Source: Alphaproteobacteria bacterium (lineage in GTDB: Bacteria > Pseudomonadota > Alphaproteobacteria > GCA-2731375). From it: 64,000 nucleotides of DNA. How positions within the stretch are numbered: position 1 is the stretch's first letter; every line of letters begins with the position of its first letter. This document shows positions 1 to 9,662 of the stretch, piece after piece. A program made the position numbers and the translations under genes. The stretch lies in NCBI GenBank assembly GCA_965232515.1, contig CBDDPY010000002.1, positions 1,984,001-2,048,000 of the forward strand, read 5' to 3'. The notes beneath the pieces were generated by a model. The model saw nothing but the letters and a program-made list of their open reading frames with translations, was not told where the DNA came from and searched no databases.

Positions 1-680
1 TGGCGCAGCATGATGATCAGCGGCTGCCGGCCGATCACGCGCGCGGCCTGAACGTATTCCTTGTTCTTCTCGACCAGCGTCGAGCCGCGCACCGTGCGCG
101 CGAATTGCGGCCAGCTCGAAAAGCCGATCGCCAGGATCACCACGATCAGCGCCAGGTCGTCGTGCCGGCCGGCCGGCAGCACGCCGCGCAGCACGCCGTC
201 GATCAGCAGCACGATCAGGATCGACGGGAAGCTGATCTGCACATCGGCGATGCGCATGATCGTCGCGTCGACCTTGCCGCCGACATAGCCGGCCAGCAGA
301 CCGGCGCTGATGCCGATCAGCATCGCGAACAGCACGGCGGCGAAACCGACGCCCAACGAGATCCGGCTGCCGTAGAGGATCGCCGAGAACAGATCGCGGC
401 CCTGATCGTCGGTGCCCAGCATGTACTTCCAGCCGCCGCCGTCCACCCAGACCGGCGGCGTGAAGGCGTCCAGCAGATCGAGGGCGGCGGGGTCGAACGG
501 ATTCTGCGGCGACAGCAGCGGCGCGAACAGCGCGCCCAGGAACATCACCGCCGTCACGGCGGCGGCCGTCATCGTCACCTTGGAGGCGCGGAAGCTGAAA
601 TAGATGTCACTGTCGAAAAACCGGTGCGCCAGATCCTGCGCCCGGTGCACCACGCCGTTGCTGCGATCGATCGCGACCAT
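1..680 (-). CDS. dppC: ABC peptide/dipeptide transporter permease, DppC-like (3' end runs off window)
   Basis: Manual translation from ATG at 680: MVAIDRSNG...FAPLLSPQNPFDP...LGTDDQGRDLFSAILYGSRISL; follows dppB. Confidence 0.9.
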   Translation of the reverse strand, partial: MVAIDRSNGVVHRAQDLAHRFFDSDIYFSFRASKVTMTAAAVTAVMFLGALFAPLLSPQNPFDPAALDLLDAFTPPVWVDGGGWKYMLGTDDQGRDLFSAILYGSRISLGVGFAAVLFAMLIGISAGLLAGYVGGKVDATIMRIADVQISFPSILIVLLIDGVLRGVLPAGRHDDLALIVVILAIGFSSWPQFARTVRGSTLVEKNKEYVQAARVIGRQPLIIMLR

Positions 681-690
681 GATCCGACCC

Positions 691-1677
691 TTAGTTCCCC
701 AACAGCCCGCGCGTGTCGACGCGCAGGCGCGGATCGACCGCATAATAGAACAGATCGACCGTCAGGTTGATGGCGACAAAAAACAGCGAGACCAGCACCA
801 GATAGGCGGCCATCACCGGAATATCGACGAACGTGATCGCCTGCAGGAACAGGAAACCGATACCCGGCCACTGGAACACGGTTTCGGTCACGATCGCGAA
901 GGCGATGATCGAGCCAATCTGCAGACCGGTAATGGTGATGACGGGCACCAGGGTGTTTTTCAGCGCATGACCGAAATTCACCGCCAGGTTGGTCAGGCCA
1001 CGGGCGCGGGCGAACTTGATGAAGTCCGTGCGCAGCACCTCCAGCATCTCCGAACGGACCAGCCGGACGATCAGCGCGAGCTGGAAGATACAAAGCGTCA
1101 ACGCCGGCATCAGGATCGATTTCAATCCGCTTGCCGTCAGCAAGCCGGTGCTCCAGCCGCCGAGATCGACGACCTCGCCGCGGCCATGGGTTGGCAGCCA
1201 GCCCAGCAGCACGCCGAAGCACAGGATCAGCAGGATGCCGATCAGGAACGGCGGCAACGAGATGCCGAACAGCGAGACGCTGAGGCAGATCTTGCTGGCC
1301 CAATGTTGCGGGCGCAGACCGGTATAGACGCCCATCGGAATGCCGATCGCCAGCGCCATCAGCCCGGCGACGATGCTGAGCTCCAGCGTCGCCGGCAACC
1401 GCTCCGCCAGGATGTCCTCGACCGGCCGGCCCATCCGGTAGGAGACGCCGAACTGCCCCTGCACGGTCCGGCCGACGAAGTTGACGAACTGGATCACGAC
1501 CGGTTCGTTCAGGCCCAGCGCCTCGCGCAGCTGTTCGCGTTCCTCGACGCTGGTCTGCTGCCCGACCATGCTGTTCACGGGATCGCCCATATAGGTGAAC
1601 AGCGAAAACGCAATCAGCGCCACCGCCAGCATGACCAGAAGCGATTGCAGGCAACGGCGGATCACGAAGGCGACCAT
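691..1677 (-). CDS. dppB: ABC peptide transporter permease, DppB-like, copy 2 (328 aa)
   Basis: Starts MVAFVIRRCLQ inside the 486-aa ORF; EAA-loop RSEMLEVLRTDFIKFARARG, ETVFQWPG, C-terminal DPR. Confidence 0.92.
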   Translation of the reverse strand: MVAFVIRRCLQSLLVMLAVALIAFSLFTYMGDPVNSMVGQQTSVEEREQLREALGLNEPVVIQFVNFVGRTVQGQFGVSYRMGRPVEDILAERLPATLELSIVAGLMALAIGIPMGVYTGLRPQHWASKICLSVSLFGISLPPFLIGILLILCFGVLLGWLPTHGRGEVVDLGGWSTGLLTASGLKSILMPALTLCIFQLALIVRLVRSEMLEVLRTDFIKFARARGLTNLAVNFGHALKNTLVPVITITGLQIGSIIAFAIVTETVFQWPGIGFLFLQAITFVDIPVMAAYLVLVSLFFVAINLTVDLFYYAVDPRLRVDTRGLLGN

Positions 1678-1685
1678 TGTGGGTG

Positions 1686-2672
1686 CTAGTTGCCCGCTAC
1701 GCCGCGCGTGTCGATGCGCAGACGCGGGTCGACCACGTAGTACAACAGGTCGACCACCAGGTTGATCAGCACGAAGAAAAACGACACCAGGATCAGGTAG
1801 GCCGACATCACGGGGATGTCGACGAACTGGATCGCCTGCAGGAACAAGAGCCCCATGCCCGGCCACTGGAACACGGTCTCGGTGATGATCGCGAAAGCGA
1901 TGATCGAGCCGACCTGTAGACCGGTAATGGTGATCACCGGCACCATCGTATTCTTCAAGGCGTGGCCGAAATTCACCGCCTGGTTGGTCAGGCCGCGGGC
2001 GCGGGCGAACTTGATGAAGTCGGTGCGCAGCACTTCCAGCATCTCCGAGCGCACCAGCCGCATGATCAGCGTGAGCTGGAACATGCCCAGCGTGAATGCG
2101 GGCATGATGAGCGATTTCAGGCCGCTCGCGGTCAGCAGACCGGTGGTCCAAGCGCCGAGATCGACCACCTCGCCCCGGCCGTTGGTCGGCAGCCAGCCCA
2201 GGATCACGCCGAACACCAGGATCAGCAGGATGCCGATCAGGAACGTCGGCAGCGAGATGCCGACAAGGGACACTGTCAGGAAGAACTTACTGAGCCATCG
2301 GCTTGGATGCAGGCCGGTATAGACTCCCATCGGGATACCGACGATCAGCGAGAACAAAGCCGCCACCAGGCTCAGTTCCAGCGTCGCCGGCAGCCGCTCC
2401 GCCAGGATCTCGTTCACCGGCCTGCCGAGGCGGTAGGAGATCCCGAACTTGCCCTGCAGCACCCGGCCGACATAGTTGGCGAACTGCACCACCACGGGCT
2501 CGTTCAGACCCAGCGCTTCGCGCAGCTGCTCGCGTTCCTCGATCGAGGTCTCCTGGCCGACCATGCTGTTCACCGGATCGCCAAGATAGGTGAACATCGA
2601 GAAGGCCAGCAGCGCCACTGCCAGCATCACGAGCAACGACTGCAACAGTCGCCGGATGACGAACGCGATCAT
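1686..2672 (-). CDS. dppB: ABC peptide transporter permease, DppB-like, copy 1 (328 aa)
   Basis: Same DppB/OppB motifs; directly downstream of the binding-protein gene. Confidence 0.93.
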   Translation of the reverse strand: MIAFVIRRLLQSLLVMLAVALLAFSMFTYLGDPVNSMVGQETSIEEREQLREALGLNEPVVVQFANYVGRVLQGKFGISYRLGRPVNEILAERLPATLELSLVAALFSLIVGIPMGVYTGLHPSRWLSKFFLTVSLVGISLPTFLIGILLILVFGVILGWLPTNGRGEVVDLGAWTTGLLTASGLKSLIMPAFTLGMFQLTLIMRLVRSEMLEVLRTDFIKFARARGLTNQAVNFGHALKNTMVPVITITGLQVGSIIAFAIITETVFQWPGMGLLFLQAIQFVDIPVMSAYLILVSFFFVLINLVVDLLYYVVDPRLRIDTRGVAGN

Positions 2673-2695
2673 GGTCCCCCGCGGCGAAAAGCCGA

Positions 2696-2730
2696 TCGAC
2701 CCGGAACGGTCATTGCCGGTCCGGGTCGAT
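2696..2730. terminator. Intercistronic hairpin between dppA and dppB (terminator or mRNA-stabilising stem)
   Basis: ATCGACCCGGA...TCCGGGTCGAT inverted repeat just past the dppA stop. Confidence 0.5.
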
Positions 2731-2749
2731 CATGACGGCGTGGCGGCGT

Positions 2750-4330
2750 CTACTTGATGGTGATGTGACGCCACTTGAACTGGTTGTCGGGCCGCTGCTT
2801 AACGTTGACGCCGTCCCGCACGCCCCAGGCCAGCGCCTGCTGGTGCAACGGCACATAAGCGACGTCGTTGATGGTGATGCCCCAGGCCTCGTCCATCATC
2901 GCCTGGCGCTTCGCCTGATCGGTTTCCGACAGGATCTTGTCGGTCAGCGTGTCGACCTTGGCGTTGCAGTAGCGGCCGAGATTGAACTTGCCGCGGCCCG
3001 TGCCGTCGTCACAGCCGTGCAGATTGAACAGCGGGTTCCAGGAGTCGAAGCTGCCCGGGGTCCAGCCCAGCAGGTAGAAGCTGGTGTCCAGGCTCGGCGC
3101 CAGCACCTTCTTGAAGTACTTCGCTTTCGGCTGCGCCAGCAGGTTCACCTTGACGCCCACCTTGGCCAGCATCGACACCACGGCCTGGCAGATCGCCTCG
3201 TCGTTGACGTAGCGGTCGTTCGGGCAATCCATGCCGACCTCGAAGCCGTCCGGATAGCCCGCGTCGGCGAGCAGTTGCTTCGCCTTGGCCTGGTCGTAAC
3301 TCAGCCGCGAGAACTGGTCGCTCGAGCCGTTGATGCCGGGCGCGATCATCATGGCCGACGGCGTCGACAGGCCGCGCATCACGACCTTCTTGATCGCCTC
3401 GACGTTGATCGCGTGATAGACGGCCTGGCGCACCCGCTTGTCCTTGAACGGGTTCTTGCCCTTGACCGACGAGTAGAGCAGCTCGTCGCGGTGCTGATCC
3501 ATGCCCAGGAAGATCGTCCGCAGCTCCGGCCCGACCAGCATGCTGGTGCCGGCGTTGCCGTCGACCCGGTTCATGTCCTGCACCGGAATCGGATAGGCCA
3601 TGTCGACCTGCCCGGCCAGCAGCGCCGCCACCCGGGTCGCGTCCTGCGCGATCGGCGTCAGCGTCACCGACGTCAGATTGTGCACCTTATTGGCGTTGTC
3701 CCAGTAGTCGGGATTGTTCTCGGCGACGGTCTTCACGTCGATATCCCGGCTCTTCAGGATGAAGGGCCCGGTGCCGTTGGCGTGTCGGGTGGCGAAGTTC
3801 TCCTTGTCGGCCGTCGCCTGCTGCGGCTGAACGGCGTTGTTCTCCTCCGCCCAGCTCTTCGACATGATGTACCAGGACTCCCACTCGGCGTGCAGAATGG
3901 GGTTCGGCGACGTGGTGACGAAGTCGACCGTGTGATCGTCGACCTTGATGATTTTGGTGCCTTCCGGGATCCGGGTCTTCAGGTCGGACCCATCCATGCG
4001 GACGCGTTCCGCCGAAAACAGGACGTCGTCCGCCGTGAAATCGCGGCCGTCGTGGAACTTCACGCCCTTGCGCAGATAGAACCGCCAGCGGGTCGGCTCC
4101 ATGATCTCCCAGCGCTCGGCGAGTGCCGGCTCGATGCTGAGATCGTGGTGCCGCCGGGTCAGACCCTCGTAAATGTTGCCGAGATAGCCGAGGGTGAAGG
4201 TCTCGTTCAGATTGTAGGGATCCATCGAGTTGGCGTCGCCCTGGAACGCGAAGGTCAGATCCTTCGCGCTGGCGGGAAGGACCATCGCCAACGTCGTGGC
4301 GCCTGCCAACAGCAGTGCTTTCAGTTTCAT
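2750..4330 (-). CDS. dppA: ABC peptide substrate-binding protein, family 5 (DppA-like)
   Basis: Signal peptide, IEPALAERWE, LRKGVKFHDG, GTGPF, DKRVRQA motifs. Confidence 0.93.
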   Translation of the reverse strand: MKLKALLLAGATTLAMVLPASAKDLTFAFQGDANSMDPYNLNETFTLGYLGNIYEGLTRRHHDLSIEPALAERWEIMEPTRWRFYLRKGVKFHDGRDFTADDVLFSAERVRMDGSDLKTRIPEGTKIIKVDDHTVDFVTTSPNPILHAEWESWYIMSKSWAEENNAVQPQQATADKENFATRHANGTGPFILKSRDIDVKTVAENNPDYWDNANKVHNLTSVTLTPIAQDATRVAALLAGQVDMAYPIPVQDMNRVDGNAGTSMLVGPELRTIFLGMDQHRDELLYSSVKGKNPFKDKRVRQAVYHAINVEAIKKVVMRGLSTPSAMMIAPGINGSSDQFSRLSYDQAKAKQLLADAGYPDGFEVGMDCPNDRYVNDEAICQAVVSMLAKVGVKVNLLAQPKAKYFKKVLAPSLDTSFYLLGWTPGSFDSWNPLFNLHGCDDGTGRGKFNLGRYCNAKVDTLTDKILSETDQAKRQAMMDEAWGITINDVAYVPLHQQALAWGVRDGVNVKQRPDNQFKWRHITIK

Positions 4331-4526
4331 TGAGCTAAGCTCCCAAGTGTGGCCGTCCGCAATGCGGCAGCTTTATCGTTGTGCCCGTTCGCATTCACAG
4401 CAGACCACGGGCGCGGGCAACCCCATCGCCCGGCCGCGGTACGCTGCCGCTATAACGGCTTACTTCTATGTTTTGCGGGGCTGCGTCAACGGTTGAGGTA
4501 ACGGCGGCAAGTGCGCGCGCCGGCGA

Positions 4527-5486
4527 TCACTGGCGTTGCGCCAGCGTCACCACTTCCTGTCCCTTGACCGGCCGCCGGCGCGGCATCAGCAGGGTGCAGT
4601 TTTCATAGGGCGCACGGACCGCTTCGCCGCCGTCATAGGCGAAGATCTCGCCATGCCCGAGCTCTTCGAAGCCCTGATAGTGTTGGATAAAGCGGAAATC
4701 GTCGTTGCGGGCCAGCAGAACGTCGCTGATCCGGTAAACGGCGGAATGCGTCGGCGCCGCGATGGCGGCATGTTCGGCGATGAAGGCTGGATCTACGACA
4801 TCGCAATACTGCAGAAAACGCAATGCGGTCTGCAGCGCGACCCGGCCGCTGGCGGCGGCGAAATGCTGGCCGCACTCGACCAGCAGCGCCGTCGCCGTCG
4901 AATCGGCGCGGTTGAAGGCGCCGTATTCCATCATCACCTTGCCGTGATGCACGCCGCCGCCGCTGACGATGTGCCGCGGCGCCGTGCCGACGGCATGCGC
5001 CATGGCCGACGTGCGCGGCTGATCGACGTAGCACAGCATGGGCGACACCGGAAAGCTGGTCGAATGGATGTCCAGTAGCGCGTCCGCCGTCCGGATCACC
5101 GGCAGCAATTCGCGGGCCCGGCGCAACTCGACCGTCCCGTCATCCCGGGCCAGGATGTCGTCGCACCAGACGCGGTTGAAGTCGCGGTCGACGAAGCGCG
5201 ATTCGAAGGGCTCGGCCGGATCGAAGCTCTCGTAGGCGGCAATGTTGGCGAAACTCAAGGTCAGCTTGCCGCGAACCGGCCGTACCCCTCGGTCCAGTAG
5301 GAAGGTTACCGCCGTCATGCCGCAAAATTCGTTGCCGTGCGTCAGGGCGTTGACCACCACATGCGGTCCCGGCTGGCCGCTGTCGAAGGTGTGAACGTAA
5401 TCGATGCCCGTATTGCCGCGGCGATAGGGCGTCAGGTCCTTCGGCGTCACTTCAAGGGTCGGCACCGGCGGCAGGTCGTGCGGCAT
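4527..5486 (-). CDS. Succinylglutamate desuccinylase/aspartoacylase (M14-like) family hydrolase
   Basis: HGNE, DFNR, LDIHS and ECG motifs; ATG at 5486 has a GGGGGA RBS (alternative TTG at 5501). Confidence 0.85.
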   Translation of the reverse strand: MPHDLPPVPTLEVTPKDLTPYRRGNTGIDYVHTFDSGQPGPHVVVNALTHGNEFCGMTAVTFLLDRGVRPVRGKLTLSFANIAAYESFDPAEPFESRFVDRDFNRVWCDDILARDDGTVELRRARELLPVIRTADALLDIHSTSFPVSPMLCYVDQPRTSAMAHAVGTAPRHIVSGGGVHHGKVMMEYGAFNRADSTATALLVECGQHFAAASGRVALQTALRFLQYCDVVDPAFIAEHAAIAAPTHSAVYRISDVLLARNDDFRFIQHYQGFEELGHGEIFAYDGGEAVRAPYENCTLLMPRRRPVKGQEVVTLAQRQ

Positions 5487-5548
5487 TTGGTCCCCCGACA
5501 AAAAGCGGACGTGGTGTTTTTATAAATTTTTCCCGGAAATCTACGTTA

Positions 5549-5564
5549 AGTTATGATCGTAACT
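5549..5564. promoter_or_regulatory. Near-perfect palindrome, putative operator
   Basis: AGTTATGA-TCGTAACT (one mismatch) in an AT-rich divergent intergenic region. Confidence 0.4.
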
Positions 5565-5675
5565 AACTAGACTTCCGTCGATTTCCTCGATTTCCAAGGT
5601 CGTTGTTTTACTCCCAAAGCGTTAACAAACCGCAACACCTCGGATGCGGCACGAGCCGCCGGATCGCTCGGCCTC

Positions 5676-5693
5676 CCGTCATCAATCTGACAT
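5676..5693 (+). promoter_or_regulatory. Pho box (PhoB site)
   Basis: CCGTCAT-CAAT-CTGACAT matches the CTGTCAT-N4-CTGTCAT 7-4-7 consensus, about 90 bp upstream of the ABC binding protein. Confidence 0.65.
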
Positions 5694-5786
5694 CATGGCT
5701 GATTAGGAAGACGGTTCATCACCATTCGGGCCTCGGCAATCGGGAGGCGCGACGCCCATCCAACCAAGGGAATTGGGGATTTCAAG

Positions 5787-6767
5787 ATGAAGCAAACCTT
5801 CGCGCTGTCGGTCGCGCTCGCCGCCGCGCTTCTGGCCGGCCAGGCCCTCGCCGCCTCGGGCAAGCTGGTGCTCTATACCAGCCAGCCGAACCGGGATGCG
5901 CAGCAGACCGTCGACGCCTTCACCAAGCTGCATCCCGATGTCGAGGTCGAGTGGATCCGCGACGGCACCACCAAGGTGATGGCCAAGCTCCGGGCCGAGT
6001 TCGCGGCCGGCGATCCCAAGCCGGACGTTTTGCTGATCGCCGATCTCGTCACGATGGAGGGCCTGAAGCGCGAGGGGCGGCTGTTGCCGCACGCGGGCGC
6101 GCCGGTGGCCGCCTACGACGCCGGGCTTTACGACGCCGACAAGCATTATTTCAGCACCAAGCTGATCACCACCGGCATCGTCTACAACGTCAACGCGCCG
6201 ATGCAGCCGAAGTCCTGGGCCGATCTGGCCCAGGCCAACGCCAAGGGCCTGGTCGCCATGCCGAGCCCGCTCACCTCGGGCGCGGCGCTGATCCATCTGG
6301 CGACGCTGACCGAGCATCCGAAGCTCGGCTGGCGGTATTACGAGCAGCTCGCCGACAACGGTATCCAGCCGAAGGGCGGCAACGGCGGCACCTTCAAGGC
6401 CGTCGCCGGCGGCGATAAGCTTTACGGCATGGTCATCGATTTCCTGCCGATCCGCGAGAAAGCCAAGGGCTCGCCGGTCGCCTTCGTGTTCCCGGACGAA
6501 GGCGTCAGCGCCGTTACCGAGCCGGTGGCGATCCTCAAGACCGCCCGTAACCCCGAGGCCGCCAAGGCTTTCGTCGACTTCCTCCTTTCGACCGAAGGTC
6601 AGAAGCTCGCGGCCAGCCAGGGCTACCTGCCGGCCCATCCCGACGTGACGCCGCCGCCCGGCTTCCCGCCGCGCGCCGACATCAAGCTGATGGCCTTCGA
6701 CCCGGAAAAGGCGCTCGCCAACGCCGAAGCGAACAAGAAGCGGTTTGCCGACATCTTCGGGCAATAG
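5787..6767 (+). CDS. ABC substrate-binding protein, AfuA/FbpA-like cluster
   Basis: Signal peptide, LVLYTS, MPSPLTSG, NPEAAKAFVDFLLSTEGQ. Confidence 0.88.
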   Translation: MKQTFALSVALAAALLAGQALAASGKLVLYTSQPNRDAQQTVDAFTKLHPDVEVEWIRDGTTKVMAKLRAEFAAGDPKPDVLLIADLVTMEGLKREGRLLPHAGAPVAAYDAGLYDADKHYFSTKLITTGIVYNVNAPMQPKSWADLAQANAKGLVAMPSPLTSGAALIHLATLTEHPKLGWRYYEQLADNGIQPKGGNGGTFKAVAGGDKLYGMVIDFLPIREKAKGSPVAFVFPDEGVSAVTEPVAILKTARNPEAAKAFVDFLLSTEGQKLAASQGYLPAHPDVTPPPGFPPRADIKLMAFDPEKALANAEANKKRFADIFGQ

Positions 6768-8499
6768 CACCGGCATAACCCGCGTCCGCTTCGCGACGGC
6801 GGACGCCGGGCCTGGAATCTGGCGCGGCGAGGTCCTGCTCCTCGCCGCGCTTGTCGTTTTCGTCGCCGCCCTCAGCCTGTTGCCGATGGCGCGGCTGCTG
6901 CTCGAGGGCCTGGCCCCGGGCGGCCGGTTCGACCCCGAATTGCTGCATGAGGTGATGTCGTCGCGGTCAACCTGGCGGGCGACCCGGCACAGTCTGGAGA
7001 CGGCCTTCGGCGGCACCGTGCTGGCGCTGCTGTTGGGATCGGCCTTCGCGCTGCTGGTGGCGCTGACCGACATTCGCGGCAAGGCGGCGCTGGTGTTCTG
7101 CTTCATGCTGCCGCTGATGATCCCGCCGCAAATTACCGCGCTGTCGTGGATTCAGGTCTTTGGCCCGTCAAGCGCCCTGCTGCAGGCGCTCGGCCTGGCG
7201 CCGCCGCTCGGCACGCCGCACCCGCTCTATTCGCGCGACGGCATCATTCTCCTGCTCGGCATTCAGCACGCGCCGCTGGTGTTTCTGGCGCTGCGGGCAG
7301 GCCTGCGCACGCTGCCGCGCGAGATGGTCGAGGCCGCGCGCGCCGCCGGCGCCAGCCCGGTGCGTGTCCTGCTGAGCGTCGTGCTGCCGCTGATGACACC
7401 GCCGCTGGTCGCCGGCGCGGCGCTCGCCTTCGTTTCCTGCATCGGCAATTTCGGCATCCCGGCGCTCCTCGGCATCCCGGCCAACTATGCCGTGCTGCCG
7501 ACGCTGATCTACCAGCGCCTCGCCGGCTTCGGCCCGTCGATCATCTCCGAGGTGGCGGTGCTGTCGATCCTGGTCGGCGTCATCGCCATCCTCGGCGTCC
7601 TGCTGCAGGGCTGGATGCTGCGGGCCCGCGACTATCGCACGATCGGCGCGCCGGCCCAGCCGCTCGCCGTCCAGCTCGGCCGAGGGCGCGCCCCGGCGGA
7701 GGCCGCGTGCTGGCTGATCATCGTGCTGATCCTGGTGCTGCCGTTGACGGCGCTGATGGCGACCTCGCTGGTGCCGGCCTATGGCGTACCGCTGACGCCG
7801 CAGTCGGCCACGCTGGAAGCCTATCTCGAGGTGATGTTCCGCCAGCAGGTGACGATCCGCGCCTTCAGCAACAGCTTCCTCCTCGCCGGCGGGGCCGCGC
7901 TCGTGCTGGTCGCCGCCGCGGTCCCGCTCGGCTATTTCATCGCCTGGCGCCGCAATCGACTGTTGCGCCTGCTCAACCTGCTGGCCGAGCTGCCGTACGC
8001 GCTGCCGGGCGTGGTGCTGGCCATCGCCTGCATCCTGATCTTCCTGCGGCCGCTCCCCATTCTGGGCATCGGCCTCTACGGCACCGGCTGGATCATTTTC
8101 GTCGCCTATCTCGCGCGCTTTCTGACGCTGGCCCTGCGGCCGGTGCTCAGCGGCTACGCCCAGCTCGACCCCAGCCTCGAGGAAGCGGCCGCCATCTGCG
8201 GCGCCGGCTTCCTGCGCCGCCTCTTCAGCGTGATCCTGCCGCTGATCGCGCCGATCGCCGCGGCCGGCGGCATCCTCGTCTTCATGACCGCCTTCAATGA
8301 GCTCACGGTCTCGGCTCTGCTCTGGTCGTCGGGCTGGGAGACATTGGGCGTCGTCGTCTTCAACCTCGACGACGGCGGCTTCTCGGTGCTGGCGAGCGCT
8401 GTCGCCGTGCTCGCCGTGCTCGCCATCCTCGCCATCATGCTGACGGCCCAGCTCCTCGCCCGCCGCCTGCCCCACGGCGTGCTGCCCTGGCAGAGCTGA
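6745..8499 (+). CDS. ABC permease, fused double-domain AfuB/FbpB-like
   Basis: Two EAA loops (EAARAAGA, EEAAAICGA), many TM segments; start codon uncertain (TTG). Confidence 0.88.
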   Translation: MPTSSGNSTGITRVRFATADAGPGIWRGEVLLLAALVVFVAALSLLPMARLLLEGLAPGGRFDPELLHEVMSSRSTWRATRHSLETAFGGTVLALLLGSAFALLVALTDIRGKAALVFCFMLPLMIPPQITALSWIQVFGPSSALLQALGLAPPLGTPHPLYSRDGIILLLGIQHAPLVFLALRAGLRTLPREMVEAARAAGASPVRVLLSVVLPLMTPPLVAGAALAFVSCIGNFGIPALLGIPANYAVLPTLIYQRLAGFGPSIISEVAVLSILVGVIAILGVLLQGWMLRARDYRTIGAPAQPLAVQLGRGRAPAEAACWLIIVLILVLPLTALMATSLVPAYGVPLTPQSATLEAYLEVMFRQQVTIRAFSNSFLLAGGAALVLVAAAVPLGYFIAWRRNRLLRLLNLLAELPYALPGVVLAIACILIFLRPLPILGIGLYGTGWIIFVAYLARFLTLALRPVLSGYAQLDPSLEEAAAICGAGFLRRLFSVILPLIAPIAAAGGILVFMTAFNELTVSALLWSSGWETLGVVVFNLDDGGFSVLASAVAVLAVLAILAIMLTAQLLARRLPHGVLPWQS

Positions 8500-8508
8500 C
8501 GTGGCCCC

Positions 8509-9558
8509 CTATTCGAGCCCGACGTTCTGGCAGCAGCCGCAGGCCATACAGAACTTGGGCTGCTTGGCGCTTGCACCGCGCGCCCGAAGCTTGCGCGACA
8601 GTGGGATAAGCCCCTTGTCGATCAGATACCCGTCCTCGCCGGCGGCGGCGTCGCTGACGAACTCGGCGGCATAATCGAGGATGCCCGGAATAGAGCCGAC
8701 ATGGGCCTCTTTCAGATAGAAAAACATGGACCGCGATATTGGATAGCTGCCATCGGCGATATTCTCGAAGGTCGGCTCCTCGCCGTCGATGCTGACGCCC
8801 TGCACCGTATCGGCATTCTGATCCAGGAAGCTGAAGCCGAAGATGCCGAAGGCATCCGGATTGGCCAGCAGCTTCTGCACGATCAGGTTGTCGTTCTCGC
8901 CGGCCTCGATGAAGGCGCCGTCCTCACGCAGACCATGGGCCAGCGCCTTGAATTTCATCGCATCGGTCTCGCGCAGGGCGGCCAGCATGGCGATCTGCCG
9001 GGCGCCGCCCTCCATGGCGATCTCCAGGAAGGCGTCGCGGGTGCCTGATGTCGGTGGCGGCCCCAGCACCTCGATCCTGATGTCCGGCAGCGACGGATCG
9101 ATGTCGGCCCAGTTGCGATAGGGATTGGCCGCCAGCTTGCCGTCGACCGGCACTTGCTTGGCCAGCGCCAGGAACAGCTGCTCCCGGCTCAGGGCGAGCC
9201 GCGGTCCGGCCTTGGCATTGCCCAACACGATCCCGTCGGCGCCGATCCTGACCTCGACGATATCCGTAACGCCGTTCTCGGCACACAAGTCGACTTCGGT
9301 GCGCTTGATCCGGCGCGACGCATTGGTGATATCCGGATAGCTCTCGCCGATGCCCGCACAGAACAGCTTCAGTCCGCCGCCGGAACCGGTGCTCTCGACC
9401 ACCGGGGTCTTGAACGGCGTGGTCTTGCCGAACTGTTCGGCGACCGCCGTCGAAAACGGGTAGACCGTCGACGAGCCGACGATGCGGATCTGCTGCCGCG
9501 CCTGCGCCTCGGCGGCGAAAGCGACCGATAGCAGCGCCGCGATACATAAATGCTTCAT
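8509..9558 (-). CDS. pstS: Phosphate ABC substrate-binding protein PstS
   Basis: GSSTVYPF, STGSGGG, NASRRIK, GPPPTSGTRDAF, YPISR motifs; signal peptide MKHLCIAALL. Confidence 0.9.
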   Translation of the reverse strand: MKHLCIAALLSVAFAAEAQARQQIRIVGSSTVYPFSTAVAEQFGKTTPFKTPVVESTGSGGGLKLFCAGIGESYPDITNASRRIKRTEVDLCAENGVTDIVEVRIGADGIVLGNAKAGPRLALSREQLFLALAKQVPVDGKLAANPYRNWADIDPSLPDIRIEVLGPPPTSGTRDAFLEIAMEGGARQIAMLAALRETDAMKFKALAHGLREDGAFIEAGENDNLIVQKLLANPDAFGIFGFSFLDQNADTVQGVSIDGEEPTFENIADGSYPISRSMFFYLKEAHVGSIPGILDYAAEFVSDAAAGEDGYLIDKGLIPLSRKLRARGASAKQPKFCMACGCCQNVGLE

Positions 9559-9662
9559 CGTTACGTAACGCATGCGCAATCAATTAGCACATACACGCGG
9601 AGACGCGTCGCGGATTTGCTCAAGGGCGGAAATCGGTGCGTCGGCGGTAACGGCCCGCGCGT

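Noticed and set aside
2732-4333. Long antisense or shadow ORFs (e.g. 2732-4333 +, 23073-24896 +, 45981-47756 -, 54732-56426 +, 60120-62021 +)
   Set aside because: They overlap well-supported genes and have no motifs; expected from stop-codon scarcity at high GC
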